A DNA stretch of 63,630 nucleotides, filler included, from Dugesia japonica (taxonomy: Eukaryota): the NCBI GenBank assembly GCA_001938525.1. It is 6 parts of 6 records of this genome, joined end to end, with 100 filler letters (N's around TTAATTAATTAA, not from the genome) between each part and the next. Parts side by side here need not be neighbours in the genome. Positions count along the whole stretch, not along the records: positions 22,471 to 31,851 come from MQRL01258999.1; positions 31,952 to 44,313 come from MQRL01344730.1; 4 more parts are not named here. One strand, written 5' to 3'. The notes below the pieces were generated by a model. The model was not told the DNA's origin. It did no database searches and saw nothing but the letters and a program-made list of their open reading frames with translations. Every line of letters starts with the position of its first letter. Position 1 is the stretch's first letter. Positions 25,381 to 39,519 of the stretch are shown here, piece by piece. A program made the position numbers and the translations under genes.

Positions 25381-28075
25381 TCAGCAGATCGAGTAGAGAA
25401 AAATAGAAATCGACTTGATGCAGTTAGAAGTTACCCGAGAGTTACAAATCGAATTTATCAGAAACCGGTAAATCATACAGTAAATAGACTGTAGAGCAAA
25501 GAAAGGAAAACAAAATATCGAATGTTGGTTATGTCATAATAAGCAAGTTGTCCGACAAATAAAGTGGTAGAGTGCAAGAGTTGTCATAAAACAGGACATA
25601 TAAATCAAGATTGTCCAAATAAAAAACCAACAAAATGTTTTGCTTGAGGAAGTGTTGGCCATATTAGAAGGATATGTCAAGAAAAGAGGTGTAAACGATG
25701 TGGTAATGGTGGACATAGAGCAGAAGAGTGCTACATAAATTTGAAAATGAAAAAAAAACAAGTGAGGAATGTATGACTGCAGAAATATTAAGAAACCGAT
25801 GAAATGGAGTACATGCGATTGAAAATGAAGATATCAATACAAACGATGGATATGAGAAAGTATATGAAAGTTATTCTGAAAGGAAGTACCTAAAAGGCAA
25901 GGCTTCACCAGTAGAGGAGTAGGTTTGAGCCTTCCATTGTTAAATGGAGTTAGTATTTATCCTAAAGGGGTAAAAAAGTTGAATGATATCGGAAAGGCTA
26001 CAGAAAAAGTATACGGGTTCTTGAAGAGGGTAACTTTTTCGGATGAGAGAACAGTAGAATGAAATGGAACAATTAAAGCAGAAAAGAAAACAAATATTTC
26101 GTACCAAAAATTGCAGGGCAGACCAAGTGTTACAGTCTCAATTCAAGGAAATGAAGTCGAATGTCTATTAGATACAGGGACTCAAATTAACGTGATCAGT
26201 TTGAGTTGTTTTAATAAATTATGAGAAGTAAATTTAGAAATGAGTGATAAAGGATTGCGTTGTGCAAATAATATGGAACTTGAAATTGTTAAAACCAGAG
26301 TTATAATTGATGAAGTTTGCAAAGAGATTACTTTCTTAGTTGCTGAAAGAGTAACACCAGATCTGATAGTAGGAACAGATATGCAGAAGACCTTTGGATA
26401 TCAGCTTATGCGAAAGGTCGATAGCAAAGCGGATGAAAAGGTTGAAAATTACATTTGTAATATTGAAATGAAATTTGGGAGACAAATTGAAAAAGGAGAG
26501 CAATTGACAAGATCCTAAAATATTTTGAAGATTAAAGACAATCAACGGTTATTGAAAATAATTGAAGGTAAAGAAAATGGTTTTATGGCAAATAAATGAG
26601 ATGTACACATCTAGTAAGACACAAAATAATCACAAGTGGTGAACCATTTAATGTCAAATTATACAGGCAACCAATGAACTCAAAATCCAAAATTAAAGAA
26701 GCTATCCAAAATCTTTTTGAGAATAATATTATCCGAAAATGCAACTCTCCATGGAATACCCCACTGATCTGTGTTTGGAAAAAGGAAAGGAAAGACATAA
26801 TAATATGTTTGGATTTCAGACAATGGAATGCAGTAACGAAAAGACAAATCTTTCTGAGGCCTTATGTCGATGAAATGCTGGACAAGTTAGTATCGATTCA
26901 TGAATTTCGGATGTCTGAGATTTTTTAATTTTTATATTTAATATAAATATTGGTTTTTTGAAATTTGAAAAGGTTGAAAAATAAATAAATATATATGTAA
27001 AACAAAGGTATTTTAAATTAAAGTTATAATTTTATATTGTGTTAAATTATAAAATTTTAAAAAATTATTTTCTAAAATGAGGTTAAAAATAATTATTTTG
27101 GAATTTATAAAACCAATATTTTTGAAAAATATTTTATTAAGATTTCTCAGATTATTTGTTTGAAATTTGTAAATTGTTTTTTCAAATTTTAAATTCTAAG
27201 AAAATACTTTTAATAATCAATAAACAATTTATGGAGACTTGTGAGACTTTAAATTTATCTAATACTCATATTTACGAACAATAAAGATCAACACTATGAA
27301 GTCATTAAAAAAGTAACGAAGGCTGGTTGTAAGAAAAGTTTCAGTTTCTTCAAAGTGAAATCAAGTTTTCTGGACACATAATTAACAGGGATGGTGTCAG
27401 AACTGATGCGTTTAAAATAGAAGCTATAATAATATTTGGCAAACTTAACTGTGTGAAGAAGTTACGAAGTTTCTTGGGAATTTGTAATTATTACAGGAAG
27501 TTTATAAATAATCTAAGAAAATCAAAGATCTTAGAGTAGTTGTGTATCGGACTAAGCAACAAAAAATTAGAATGGACAGATGAAATTAACGATACTTCTG
27601 AGGGTCTGAAAAAATCTTTAATGATTGCACCAATATTATGTTTTCCAGACATAAACAAAGAATTTATATTAGATACAGTTGCCAGTTTTGATACAATTTG
27701 AGCAATATTGTCAGATAAATAAAGAAGATAGAGAAAGAGTTATTGCCTATGGATCACACTCAATGACTAACTGAAAAGAGTTGGCTGTTTATTATTTCTG
27801 TATGGATTTCAAACATTACTTGTATGGTAGAAGATTTACTCTTAGAACAGATTACAAAGCTCTAACCTTCATGATGACGACTAAAAAATCAATTACGTCG
27901 CAATTCTAGACATTGATTAATTATCTGAGCAGTTTAGATATGGTTTTGGAATATTGAAAAGGAATTCAACATGCTAATGCAGATATGTTATCTAGATTGA
28001 GATGTGAGGTATGTGTACAATGTCAAATATCACATGAAGAAATTAAGAAAGGGAAGATTAAAATGAGAGTTAATT
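25381..28075 (+). mobile_element. Ty3/gypsy family A copy 2 (gag-PR-RT-RNase H), RT core replaced by an AT-rich tract at ~26890-27270
   Basis: Nucleotide similarity to 4190-5600 and 57100-58730; CLLDTG; SPWNTPLICVWKK; FLGICNYYRKF; FILDT; RCEVCVQCQISH. Confidence 0.9.
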
Positions 28076-29205
28076 GTCAGATTGTAAAACACCATATATC
28101 AATTAAAGAACTTTTAATTCTAAGAATATTGATTGAAAATTCAACATTATACGATTATGTTTGACCGAAAAATTAATTATTGAAAATTTTAATTAAAAAT
28201 TTTAACCTAGATTTTTAAGGAAGCATTTTCAGAGAAATTGAATATATACATTCTTGACCTACATTTTGATTTTCTATCCAATGATACCGGTTTCGAGTTG
28301 AAATCTTCTAGATCACTACGGGGGTACTGTGCTACTATGTTTTTAATTCTGAGTTGAATGGTATAAAAATATTTTTAAAATTATTATTATATTAATTATA
28401 ATTATAATTTATAATTAATTATATAATTATATCTTATCTCAAAAACGAAGAACTTTTGTACAGCTAAAGATTTATACAAAATATGTTTAGTTTTTAATTT
28501 TAAGACGATTGGTACTAAATTCGAAACCCCATGATAAAAAGTCACAGGAAAATCACAGACCAAAATTCTTATCTTTCCGAGGAATTTTGGGACAAAGTCA
28601 GGGTCTAAGCATTATACTAAACAATTGCAAATATTGCATGAAATCGCAGATTACAATCCAATAGAAAAATTAATCATTTATGTTTCGAAAAAGAGGAGAT
28701 GAGAACACTTTAAAACATCCTTTCTAAAATCAGGGCAATAAAATTTGTGTATCAATCTCAATTTTGTTTCCCTTTCCGCTATGTTTCTTTCCCACTTCAC
28801 CATAATTATATTGCAATAGTAATACTTTTCTGAAAGTTTGCGGTAATTATGCTATCTGCTGAATCTTGATTTTTTACGAGTCTGTCTTTCAGTCAGACAC
28901 TGTTTTAAATTTTTATCAAACACTTATTGAATTGTGTTGGTTTGATTTCAGTTTTTAATACTTGTTTGATTTTATTGATTTCTTCATCTTTCAGCTGAAC
29001 TTTTTTTTCTTCCGATAATGATAAATTTTTAAAACTATATAAAAAAAAGCTAAAGCCGTCACATCTGGTATTTTATATGAGATATAAATGCTAGAATCAT
29101 AGGGTAAAATTCATAGAATTTAATATTGGATTTGTTTAAATAAATTCAGGTTAAATAGTGTTAGAATAAAAACTAATAAATACAAAAATTAGTAATTGTT
29201 TAAAT

Positions 29206-30520
<1,315 letters not shown>

Positions 30521-31692
30521 TTTCTAATTTAATTGTTAATACAATTAAATTTATCTTATCCAGTCGTTTTCTCTTCAAACTTTAAAGGTTTCAATTTAAA
30601 TTTATACAAGCTCTCTAAAATTAGAAAATTAAAATTACTAAAGTTAAATTCTAAGTTTAATAATTATCACTGGTAGACAAGGGTCAGCCAGTTTAGAGCA
30701 GTATATTTTTGAGATACCTTGGGGGATTTTGCCAAGATAAATCAACTTTGCGTGAGTTGGTTAATAAGTTAGAGCGATTATGATACTTCCAATAAAATAT
30801 AACGACAGTTTTGTGTACCTTAATATAGCTAATATAAATATAACAATAGTATAAATAAACCTTATGGTGTTTCTTATTCAAAATCAATAAATTACTTTTA
30901 AATGAATAAATATTTTATTGTCAATAAAAATACACTCGATTATCAAATTGTAAAATACACTAGATGATTAAATTGCACGTTATTATTTTGCCCAGTTGTG
31001 AATTTTAAGCAATCCAAACTGTTGTATGGCTTAACAAATTGGTGCTAAAAAATGAAAAATAATCCACTATTTATACTAAAGGCTTATGAAGATCATGTAT
31101 ACAGTTTATGTGAAATTTTCATAAATTTACATTAAATTTACATTGTAAATATAAAATGTTTCCATTGACATTGTAAATATAAAATGTTTCCATTATTTAT
31201 GTAAATAATTATAAATTAATAAAAATTACCGATTACCATATAAAAGTTTTCATAAAATAAAGTAAAATGTTCCATTATTTATTTAATCCAGATTAATAAA
31301 GTTCACTATTTGTTCATTGAAATTAATTCACAAAGTTTGATATTAATAAAGCCCACAATGATTGTCGATTAATTCACAAAGTTTCATAAAAAAATAAAAT
31401 AAAATATATGTACATAATAAAATAAAATATAGAATGATTATTCAGAAAAAATAAAATAAAAAATGATTAATCAGTTCCCCATCACAATTTCATAAAAAAA
31501 TGTTCAAATTGAGAATTGATTTAGACTGCCATTGAGAATTGATCACAAATTAATAATAAAATGTAAATGTTTGAGAATTGATGATTTGTTGATCTGGGAT
31601 ATTTGCTGGATTGTTTTGCATTTGTTTTGTATGCGTGTATGTGAATTGTGTGCTATGTATGCATATTAACTTTGATTTTCCCCAACAATATA

Positions 31693-31851
31693 AGTAGGGG
31701 GATAGTGGCGCACGATCACAACATGCATGGCGCTGGGCGAACCCCCCCCGGGGGGGGGGCTCGAAAACACATTAAGATTGTGACCGTTTTTTTTGGGTTG
31801 GTTTTTTTTTCCTAAGACTTTTTGGGATCAAAAAATTTTTGATCGGATCAA
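31693..31851 (+). mobile_element. Polinton terminal inverted repeat (left end, AGTAGGGGGATAGTGGC...) containing a C8G10 hairpin
   Basis: Inverted homology to 25200-25379. Confidence 0.7.
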
Positions 31852-31951
31852 NNNNNNNNNNNNNNNNNNNNNNNNNNNNNNNNNNNNNNNNNNNNTTAAT
31901 TAATTAANNNNNNNNNNNNNNNNNNNNNNNNNNNNNNNNNNNNNNNNNNNN
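31852..31951. other. Artificial 100-bp contig linker
   Basis: N44-TTAATTAATTAA-N44. Confidence 0.95.
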
Positions 31952-32245
31952 TTGGATAGTAAAAATATTAAAACTTTGGACTGACCATATCAAAGTCCAT
32001 GTTTAAATCCTTTTTAAAACGTATGAATTTTTCTGGATAAACAAGTGTCAGCCATAAAATGGAAATTAATTATATCAAATTTTAGATGTTTTGTGGAAAA
32101 CTTACAAGCTACTTTTCTCACTAACCTTGTTGAAAACATGCCACGTAGATGCCAAGCCGTTATTAACAATGAATGAATGCCAACCAAATATTACACTTTA
32201 ATTTTAATAAATTGTTTCATGATTTTTGTATTATTTTGTAAGTGG
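31952..32245 (+). mobile_element. Tc1 transposase 3' remnant (same family as 742-885)
   Basis: NIKTLD*PYQSPCLNP...LVENMPRRCQAVINNE*MPTKY. Confidence 0.8.
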
Positions 32246-33189
32246 TTGGATTTGTTTTGTCTATTGTTTATTATATTAAAACCATATTAAAACTATAATA
32301 TATAAAAGTATAAAAACCATACTTTAAAACCGATAAACCCCTTAAACTCACTAAATACCATGCACCCATAAACCAAACACATTAATGAACACATACACTC
32401 CTAAATCAAATACGTTTATTAAACCTATTACATTCAATGGAACATGATTAAATCAGTAAATTAATTGTATCATCGACTTTAGGACCAAATATTGTTGACT
32501 GATAGTGTATGTAAAAAGTATAAAGAAAATTCAAAGAGCAAGAACAAAAAAAATTAGAAATAAAATATAAAAAACCATAAAAATAATAACTAAAATTAAT
32601 GAAATTCAAAATAAAGGCACAGTAAGAGTTTATTATATGCGCGAATTTTATTCTTACAAAGCATACTGTAGTATCAACTGGCACGTGCAATAATCGTGTG
32701 AAATAAATCTTTTAAGGAAAACAGCATTGATTGTATTTATTCTACTAAATGATTATTAAACTTATTATAACGTTTATTATTCATCAATAATAATCTTCCC
32801 ATTTATACATTTTGAAAGGAATTTAAACATTCGGAGGTAATAAGAATTACAGTCTTCCGTCGGTAATTAGATTCTTAACATTATTAATCAAGCAAAACAA
32901 CTCATCCTCGTTTAAAGGTCGAGCTTGTCTAATCGATTGCTTCCATTTTGAGAACATGTTTTCTATGGGATTGCAAAATGACGAATATGGTGAAAGAAAT
33001 AGTATTTTATGTCCATTTTCCTCAAAAACTCCTCAATTTATGCTTAATTTACGGAAAGGTACATTATCCATTATTATTACAGAAAGCCCATAGCCGAAAT
33101 TTTCAATATCGACAAATTAAACATTTAAACACATTTTCAAAATGTTATAAACTTAATTCAATGATGGTGAGCCATATGCTTGATTGATT

Positions 33190-33753
33190 AAACAAAGGTT
33201 TGTCATTTACACTTTTAGAAATATTAAAACTTAATTTTTCTCTTTTTTTCAACCCTATTTAACAAAAATAACTAATCAGCGCTAATAATGTGTCCCAAGA
33301 ATTTAATTTCCCGTCTCAGAAATTTGTTTTTCTCCGGATTTACCCTCAAACCTGCTATATTCATTAAGACTTCCTCCACTATATTCAAATGTCTTTTCTC
33401 ATCTCTCGATTATATCAATATATTACCTAAATAAGCAAAGGCTTCTTTAATTCTTTGATCTAGTGCGCTACTTTCTACCTACTTAGGTGCAATCTATTAT
33501 TCGCAAAATGGATCTGTTAAATGTAGATCGAAACAATGGTATTATTGTGAAGGAATTTAAAGATTCATATACGTTTATAACCTCTGTGTTGGCTTTGGAC
33601 TTTGAAGTTGATCAATCAAAATTGCTAAAATCGGAAAATCTTTAGTTGAAAGTGCGTTTCCATAAAGCATTGACGGAATCAGTGACAATCTATGTACATG
33701 AAATACTTGATTCGGATATTCAAATTACCAAGTATGGAGTAGTATGTACGTAA
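33190..33753 (+). pseudogene. Polinton major capsid protein (double jelly roll) C-terminal remnant
   Basis: NNGIIVKEFKDSYTFITSVLALDF...KSENL*LKVRFHKALTESVTIYVHEILDSDIQITKYGVV*, matching the Polinton MCP C-terminal pattern. Confidence 0.65.
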
Positions 33754-33757
33754 TAGT

Positions 33758-34212
33758 ATGCAAGTATATATTGGAAAGAATGTCCTTTTTATTGACTATG
33801 AAGCCTTTCAAGATAACGACTTTAAATATTTAATTAAAACAATTGTGTATAATGGATAGGAATAATATTCTCAAACCATTCTTTTATATGTTTATGATGA
33901 CTGAATCTATTGGAAGTTTTACGAAATGAGCTCAAATAAGCAACCAGTATTTGAGACTTTGACGTCATCATCTTAGATGATTGATGGTGACTGCAAATTT
34001 GATCCAACTCATATTCTCAATGACTTGCAAGCAATTTCTAATTATGCATTTTCATGTTCTTGATCATGTAAATGGAAAGAAAATCAACACTCTGAAACTC
34101 TTTTCCCTAAGTCTTCGATTAGTCAATTATAATATAAACGATTATGAGCAACTGTCTATATCAGAAAATATATTATGTCCATATTTTAATCATGGATATT
34201 ACTGTGCTTTCA
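33758..34212 (+). pseudogene. Polinton DEDD/DnaQ-like exonuclease-family accessory gene
   Basis: FIDYEAFQ...YLIK.LCI...FYMF...NQYL..RHHL.*IDG...NGKKINTL...CPYFNHGYYCA (frameshifted). Confidence 0.6.
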
Positions 34213-35660
34213 CACCATCTCTCGACAACGGACTCAAGACAGCATTAATTGTATTGAAACTTGCATCTGTATCTAATATAATTTGGCTTTGAGGATTTGG
34301 AAATGTCAAGATTGGAGAGCTACGTAATTTTGGCTTCATTAGTTTAATGGTGCTATCAAACTTGAATAATAGCCTCTTTTACTTTATTAATAATGACATC
34401 ATTTGTTTCATATTACCTATATTGCACATAACTTGCAAGCCTTTTTTAGTTACAAATAGAAGAATTTTTTAATATGCTAGATAAGATTAAACCTCAATAA
34501 ATAATAAATTATTCTTAATAAACTACTTCATTCATAAACATTTTATTTTTGTCATTACTAATTTCTTGACGTTTGATATGACTAGGTTTTAATTTATTAT
34601 TAAAATGATCGTATATTCCACAAATTTCAATTAATAATCGTAATATTTCTAAATGATTTTTTATGTCAAAATGTCAAGCATTATTTCTCAACTTTTTCTA
34701 CATAAAGGTAAAAATAAAATTTTGGTAGGCTTCATTAATTTTTATTTTTCTGTTCAAATTATTATCGGTCATATGAAATTATAAATACTATAAATGATTG
34801 ATCACACACGGTTTTCTTTGATTTTTATGTCATAAACGTTTTCCTTAACCATCTCTTATCTGATATAATTGAATTTCTATTTATACTTATTTTATTTATG
34901 AATCACCCAATGAAATAATTGAAATATTTTTTCATGTTAATATTTAAATGAACTATAAATGACACCACATATGAATTACACCATTTAACTTCCGCTTCTA
35001 ATTTCCATATTTGCATACCATGCAACTCGTCTCTTCGAGTATATTCTATATCATCTTTTTTTAGGTGCGCCACTTTACAACAAACATGATAAGGAGTGAT
35101 AATTACATTCCCAATTCATGGTTGAGACTAGCTGGCTGTTTATTTTAATTGACAGTGTGATTGAAGCGCCGAATTTGCGACTGAGTTGACTTCTGAAGAG
35201 TTTTTGGTTTCTTGAATTAGCCAATGATATAATCGAAATATTTTTTTCATGTTATGATTAACATGATCTATGCATTATGATTATTTAGTACTTAAATCTT
35301 TTACAAAAATATATTAGCTATTCCTAGAAGCTTTTCTTATTAATCTATTACAATCAACCAATAATATATTCATTTTAACACTATTATTAAATAAAATAGT
35401 GTTTTTAGAACTGATTGCATGACCGAGATATTTGAGTTTTGATACACTAAATATACATTTTCACGATTAATTTTGATACCATATTGCACAATTAGTACCA
35501 ACACATTTTGTAAATGTTTATCATGAAAATTTTGTGCCTGGCCAAAATTTAAAATGTCATCAAGATAAATAAGCACTCCAGAAAATAACATGTTGCTAAA
35601 AATTTATGCATTAATTCTTGAAATGTTGTTAGAGCGATGCATAATCCGAACGGCATAAGT
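34205..35660 (-). mobile_element. Gypsy RT/RNase H fragments with intervening insertions
   Basis: LMPFGLC; VLIYLDDIL; SSPILTFPNPQSQIILDTDASFNTINAVLS. Confidence 0.75.
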
Positions 35661-36932
35661 AAAGTACGACTTGTATTTTAAATAATAAAAAAATGCTGAA
35701 TCAATTAATGATTTAATAAAAAATGGAGTAGGATTTTAAATGAAATAATGATAATGATATTGAATTACATAATGGAAATAATGAAAATTAAATTAGAAAA
35801 GTCAAACAAAGGATTCATTTGATTCAGTTTTCAAATCGTGAGGATTATTTAAAAAAATTTTAAAAATGTTTTCTATTGATGATGAATCATTAGGGGGAAA
35901 ATGTATCTTTAAAAGGAAAAAAAGAATTTTTAATTCATTTACATAATTAAAAATTTAATAGTATAAAAATATGATAATTTTTATTTTTAAATTAATTGGA
36001 TACGGAGTCGGATCAAAAAATATGGAGACAAAGACGGGATTTTTAATGTATGTTATAAAATATAAAGATGAAGACAGGATTTTAATAATTATAATATACA
36101 AACGGTGAAATATTATATTTATGAATTTTTTTCATTTCTTGATCTATATATTCAATCCCCGTAGGTTTAAATTTATTAATAAAACATATTTTTTATGTTT
36201 AGAAAATGGTTTTTACAAATAATAAATTTCTCATTACAATATTTGCATTCCCATTCATAGGTTAATAAAGTTTTACCATTTCCAAAGTCAATATGATTAT
36301 ATAATTTAACGTTCGCTAGAAATTGATCACCAAAATCATTGCAATTATATTCACTAATTTTAAAAAATAAATTTTTAATGTATTATAATAGATTTTTAAA
36401 TATTATGTTCAAATTCATCTGAATATTGTAATTGATGTTTAAAAAATTTATTATTACTAATAATAAAATTTTCATTACAATATTCACAATGATATATTCT
36501 TTTTAATATAAAGGAATTATTAATTTTTAGTTTTCTTTCATAACTTTCAATAAAGCATGTTTATGAATACTAAATTTTTGATCACTAATATGAAACCGAA
36601 TATTAGAGTTTTTACAAAAATGATTATTTATCATTGTTTTATATTCTTTATTATTACTATTTGTCGTAATAAATTTTAAACAATCACAATCACGACCCTT
36701 ACAATTATACCTCTCGAACAGAGTTCTTTGAATACTCATTTTAATAATAAAAATGTAATACAACTGAGGGTATTAAAAGAGGACTCAAGATATATTGTTA
36801 CATCTTTTTGTCACATTGAAACATCTTTTATCATATTGAAACATTTTTGTCTTATATTGAAACATATTTTGATACTTTTTGAGAATACAAAAACAAGTTA
36901 TGGAAAAAAATTCAAATAATTTCTATATAAAA

Positions 36933-37166
36933 ATGTCTCTGACTCCAATTTTTAAAGCCAAAGAAGTTAGTCTTAATATATTAATTGAAATTGAAATTAA
37001 TATAATGAATAAATGTAAAAATAAAATACTTGAAGATCCAATTAAATCAAATAATAAAATAGCCAAGGAAATAAATTTTCCAATAAGAAAATTAAATGAA
37101 GTTTTACGAAAAAAAGAATTAGTTAAAGAAACTAAAGTTAGAAACTCAACAAAGATATTCATATGA
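36933..37166 (+). CDS. Small helix-turn-helix-like ORF, probably Polinton accessory
   Basis: TATAAAAATG start; ILEDPIKSNNKIAKEINFPIRKLNEVLRK resembles an HTH. Confidence 0.35.
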   Translation: MSLTPIFKAKEVSLNILIEIEINIMNKCKNKILEDPIKSNNKIAKEINFPIRKLNEVLRKKELVKETKVRNSTKIFI

Positions 37167-37500
37167 TCCAAATTTAAAACAATTTGTATAAAATTATAAT
37201 GTAAAAAAATAATAAAATTCACTTTCTTTATCAATTTATAGATTATTTGGAATTCTTTTATTTTCTTCAATTATATTTTCAAATGCATTTGTTATTGAAG
37301 TTCCTGTTTTTCCATTACATATTTTTACAAATGTATATCTTGAATGTAAATCAATAACTTTTAAAATTATTTTCGTGTTTAAAAATATTAAGTCTGCAGA
37401 CCAAGTTTCATCAATTTCATTAATTATAACTTTTAAATATTTTTTTTGTTTTCTATATTCTTTATGTTATTCATTAGTTAAATTGTCTGATTCTGAATTT
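37160..37500 (-). pseudogene. Polinton c-integrase (second lineage), N-terminal part
   Basis: LTNE*HKEYRK...VIINEIDETWSADL...VIDLHSRY...NAFENII...IPNNL*IDKESEFY. Confidence 0.85.
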
Positions 37501-37505
37501 AAATT

Positions 37506-37850
37506 TTAATTTCCACCAAATAATATATTTCCTTTCATTAATAATTTAACTAAAGTAGTTTCTAATGTTTCCTATATTGTAGGATTAATCCTATTATTTA
37601 AATCATGAATCACATTTACATCTTCAATATGTCTATCTCTAATATCTTTTGACTTGTATGCTAAATCATGTCTAAATGTTGATTTATTGGTTCATTTCCT
37701 GGTTTTCGATAATTATTTTCATCTTTTTGCTAAATTTGTTCCTGGTTCAGTATAGTGTCTTTCTCTTTTATATGTTTCTTGTGTAAATGGTTTTATTGCA
37801 GCTAAAATTATTATTTTGTAAGTCACTTTCTTATTTCTTAGTTCAATATT
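37506..37850 (-). pseudogene. Parvovirus-VP1-type phospholipase A2 domain gene
   Basis: HYTEPGTNL (YxGPG Ca-loop), FRHDLAY (HD catalytic motif), RDRHIED...; directly upstream of the integrase. Confidence 0.8.
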
Positions 37851-38204
37851 TTAGATTTATATATTTATATTTTATTGTAGTGTATATAAGTAAATGTCCA
37901 TTTTATATAGTGATAATTAATCTTTGGAAACATCATATCCTTTAACATTTTCAACAAATAAAATTTTACTATTTGATATTTATAATTCTACATATTTTTC
38001 TTCGAAAATACGCCAATATATATCACCTTTAAAATTTCTTTCTTTTATTATGTTACATCTACAATAATTATTGATAATTTTGAATCTTGGGAAGATACAT
38101 TATTACAAAAAATTGGGTAAAATGTTTTCTATTCTATTAATAATAAATGTGGTTGATTAAAAAATTCTAAACATGTTTCAAATCCAGATTTAATTTTTTT
38201 AAAC

Positions 38205-38790
38205 AAGAAAATAATTTTAACAGTTATTAAAAATCAAAAATTCTAGATATGCATTTGTTGAAATATGTAATGGAAAAACAGAAACGTCAATAACAAATGC
38301 ATTTGAAAATATAATTGAAGAAAATAATAGAATTCCAAATCATTTATGGGTTGATAAAGCAAGTGAATTATTTAATATTTAAATCGTTTTGTAATGAAAA
38401 TATTATTAATTTATATTCACTTGAAAATGAAGGTAAAGCAGTTATAATAGAAAGATTTAATAAAACATTTAAAAATAATTTTTTTTAATATTTCTTCAGT
38501 TCTAAATCAAAAATGTGATAATAATTTTTTTACAAAAAATTGTTGATGAATATAATAATATAATTCATTCTTCTATAAATATAACTCCAAAAGAAGCTTC
38601 AGAAAATCCAGATAAAATAAAAGAAATAATCGAAAATCATCATACTGAATATGATTTTAAACAAAAATTTAAAATTAGTGATCGAGTTAGAATATTTATA
38701 TATAATAATACATTTGAAAAAGGATTTACAGCTAAATGGACAAATGAAATATTTATAATATCAAAAGTATATAATACAAAAACCAATAAT
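38205..38790 (+). pseudogene. Polinton c-integrase (second lineage), inverted second copy
   Basis: IPNHLWVDKASEL; NEGKAVIIERFNKT; YNNIIHSSINITP; KFKISDRVRI; FEKGFTAKWTNEIF; reverse-complement match to 37200-37370. Confidence 0.9.
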
Positions 38791-39519
38791 TTCGATAGGA
38801 AACAGTACGGTATGAATAACCCATTTAAAAATCAACAAACCTTATACATAAAGAGTTTTAAAGAAAAAACAAATAAATTTAACTATTATAATTCAAATTA
38901 ATTAAATTTAATTTAAAATAATTTAATTTCTAAATAATTTAAATAATAATGTTCTAGAATCAATTTTATAAACGTAACAATGTATTTAATTAATAGACAC
39001 TTACATTAAATCATATATAAACTGAACCATTAATTCATTATTTATAATTTTACTAAGGGAAATTTACCCATACTAGTATTCAAGTGTGAAAAACAAAGAA
39101 ACTACTTCAAGCATGAGCTGCTTTTCTTTTAGAGAACAATCAATTATACTTTTCAAGTAATATTTGATTTGCTAATTACTTCATAAATACATTTTTTATT
39201 AGGACCTTGTAAAAGCTAAACTTTGTGTTTACGATTTATACATATCTGATATCAGTGAGAATGATCAAAAGACTCTTAATGAACTATTCGTAAGAATCAA
39301 TGAACACATGAAAATTTAAGATGCAAGATTTATTAAAGAAGATAGTTTTCAAGAAAGTAAATCAAAGATTACAATTGAAATTATTGGTTACAAAAATTAG
39401 AAGACATAGTAAAACCAATATGGAAAGTTAATTCAACTCATGAGATTGAATGGAAATTTATTGAATAAGTATTGGTATAATTAATTAATTTATATTTGTT
39501 ACTTTTATAAATCAAAACA

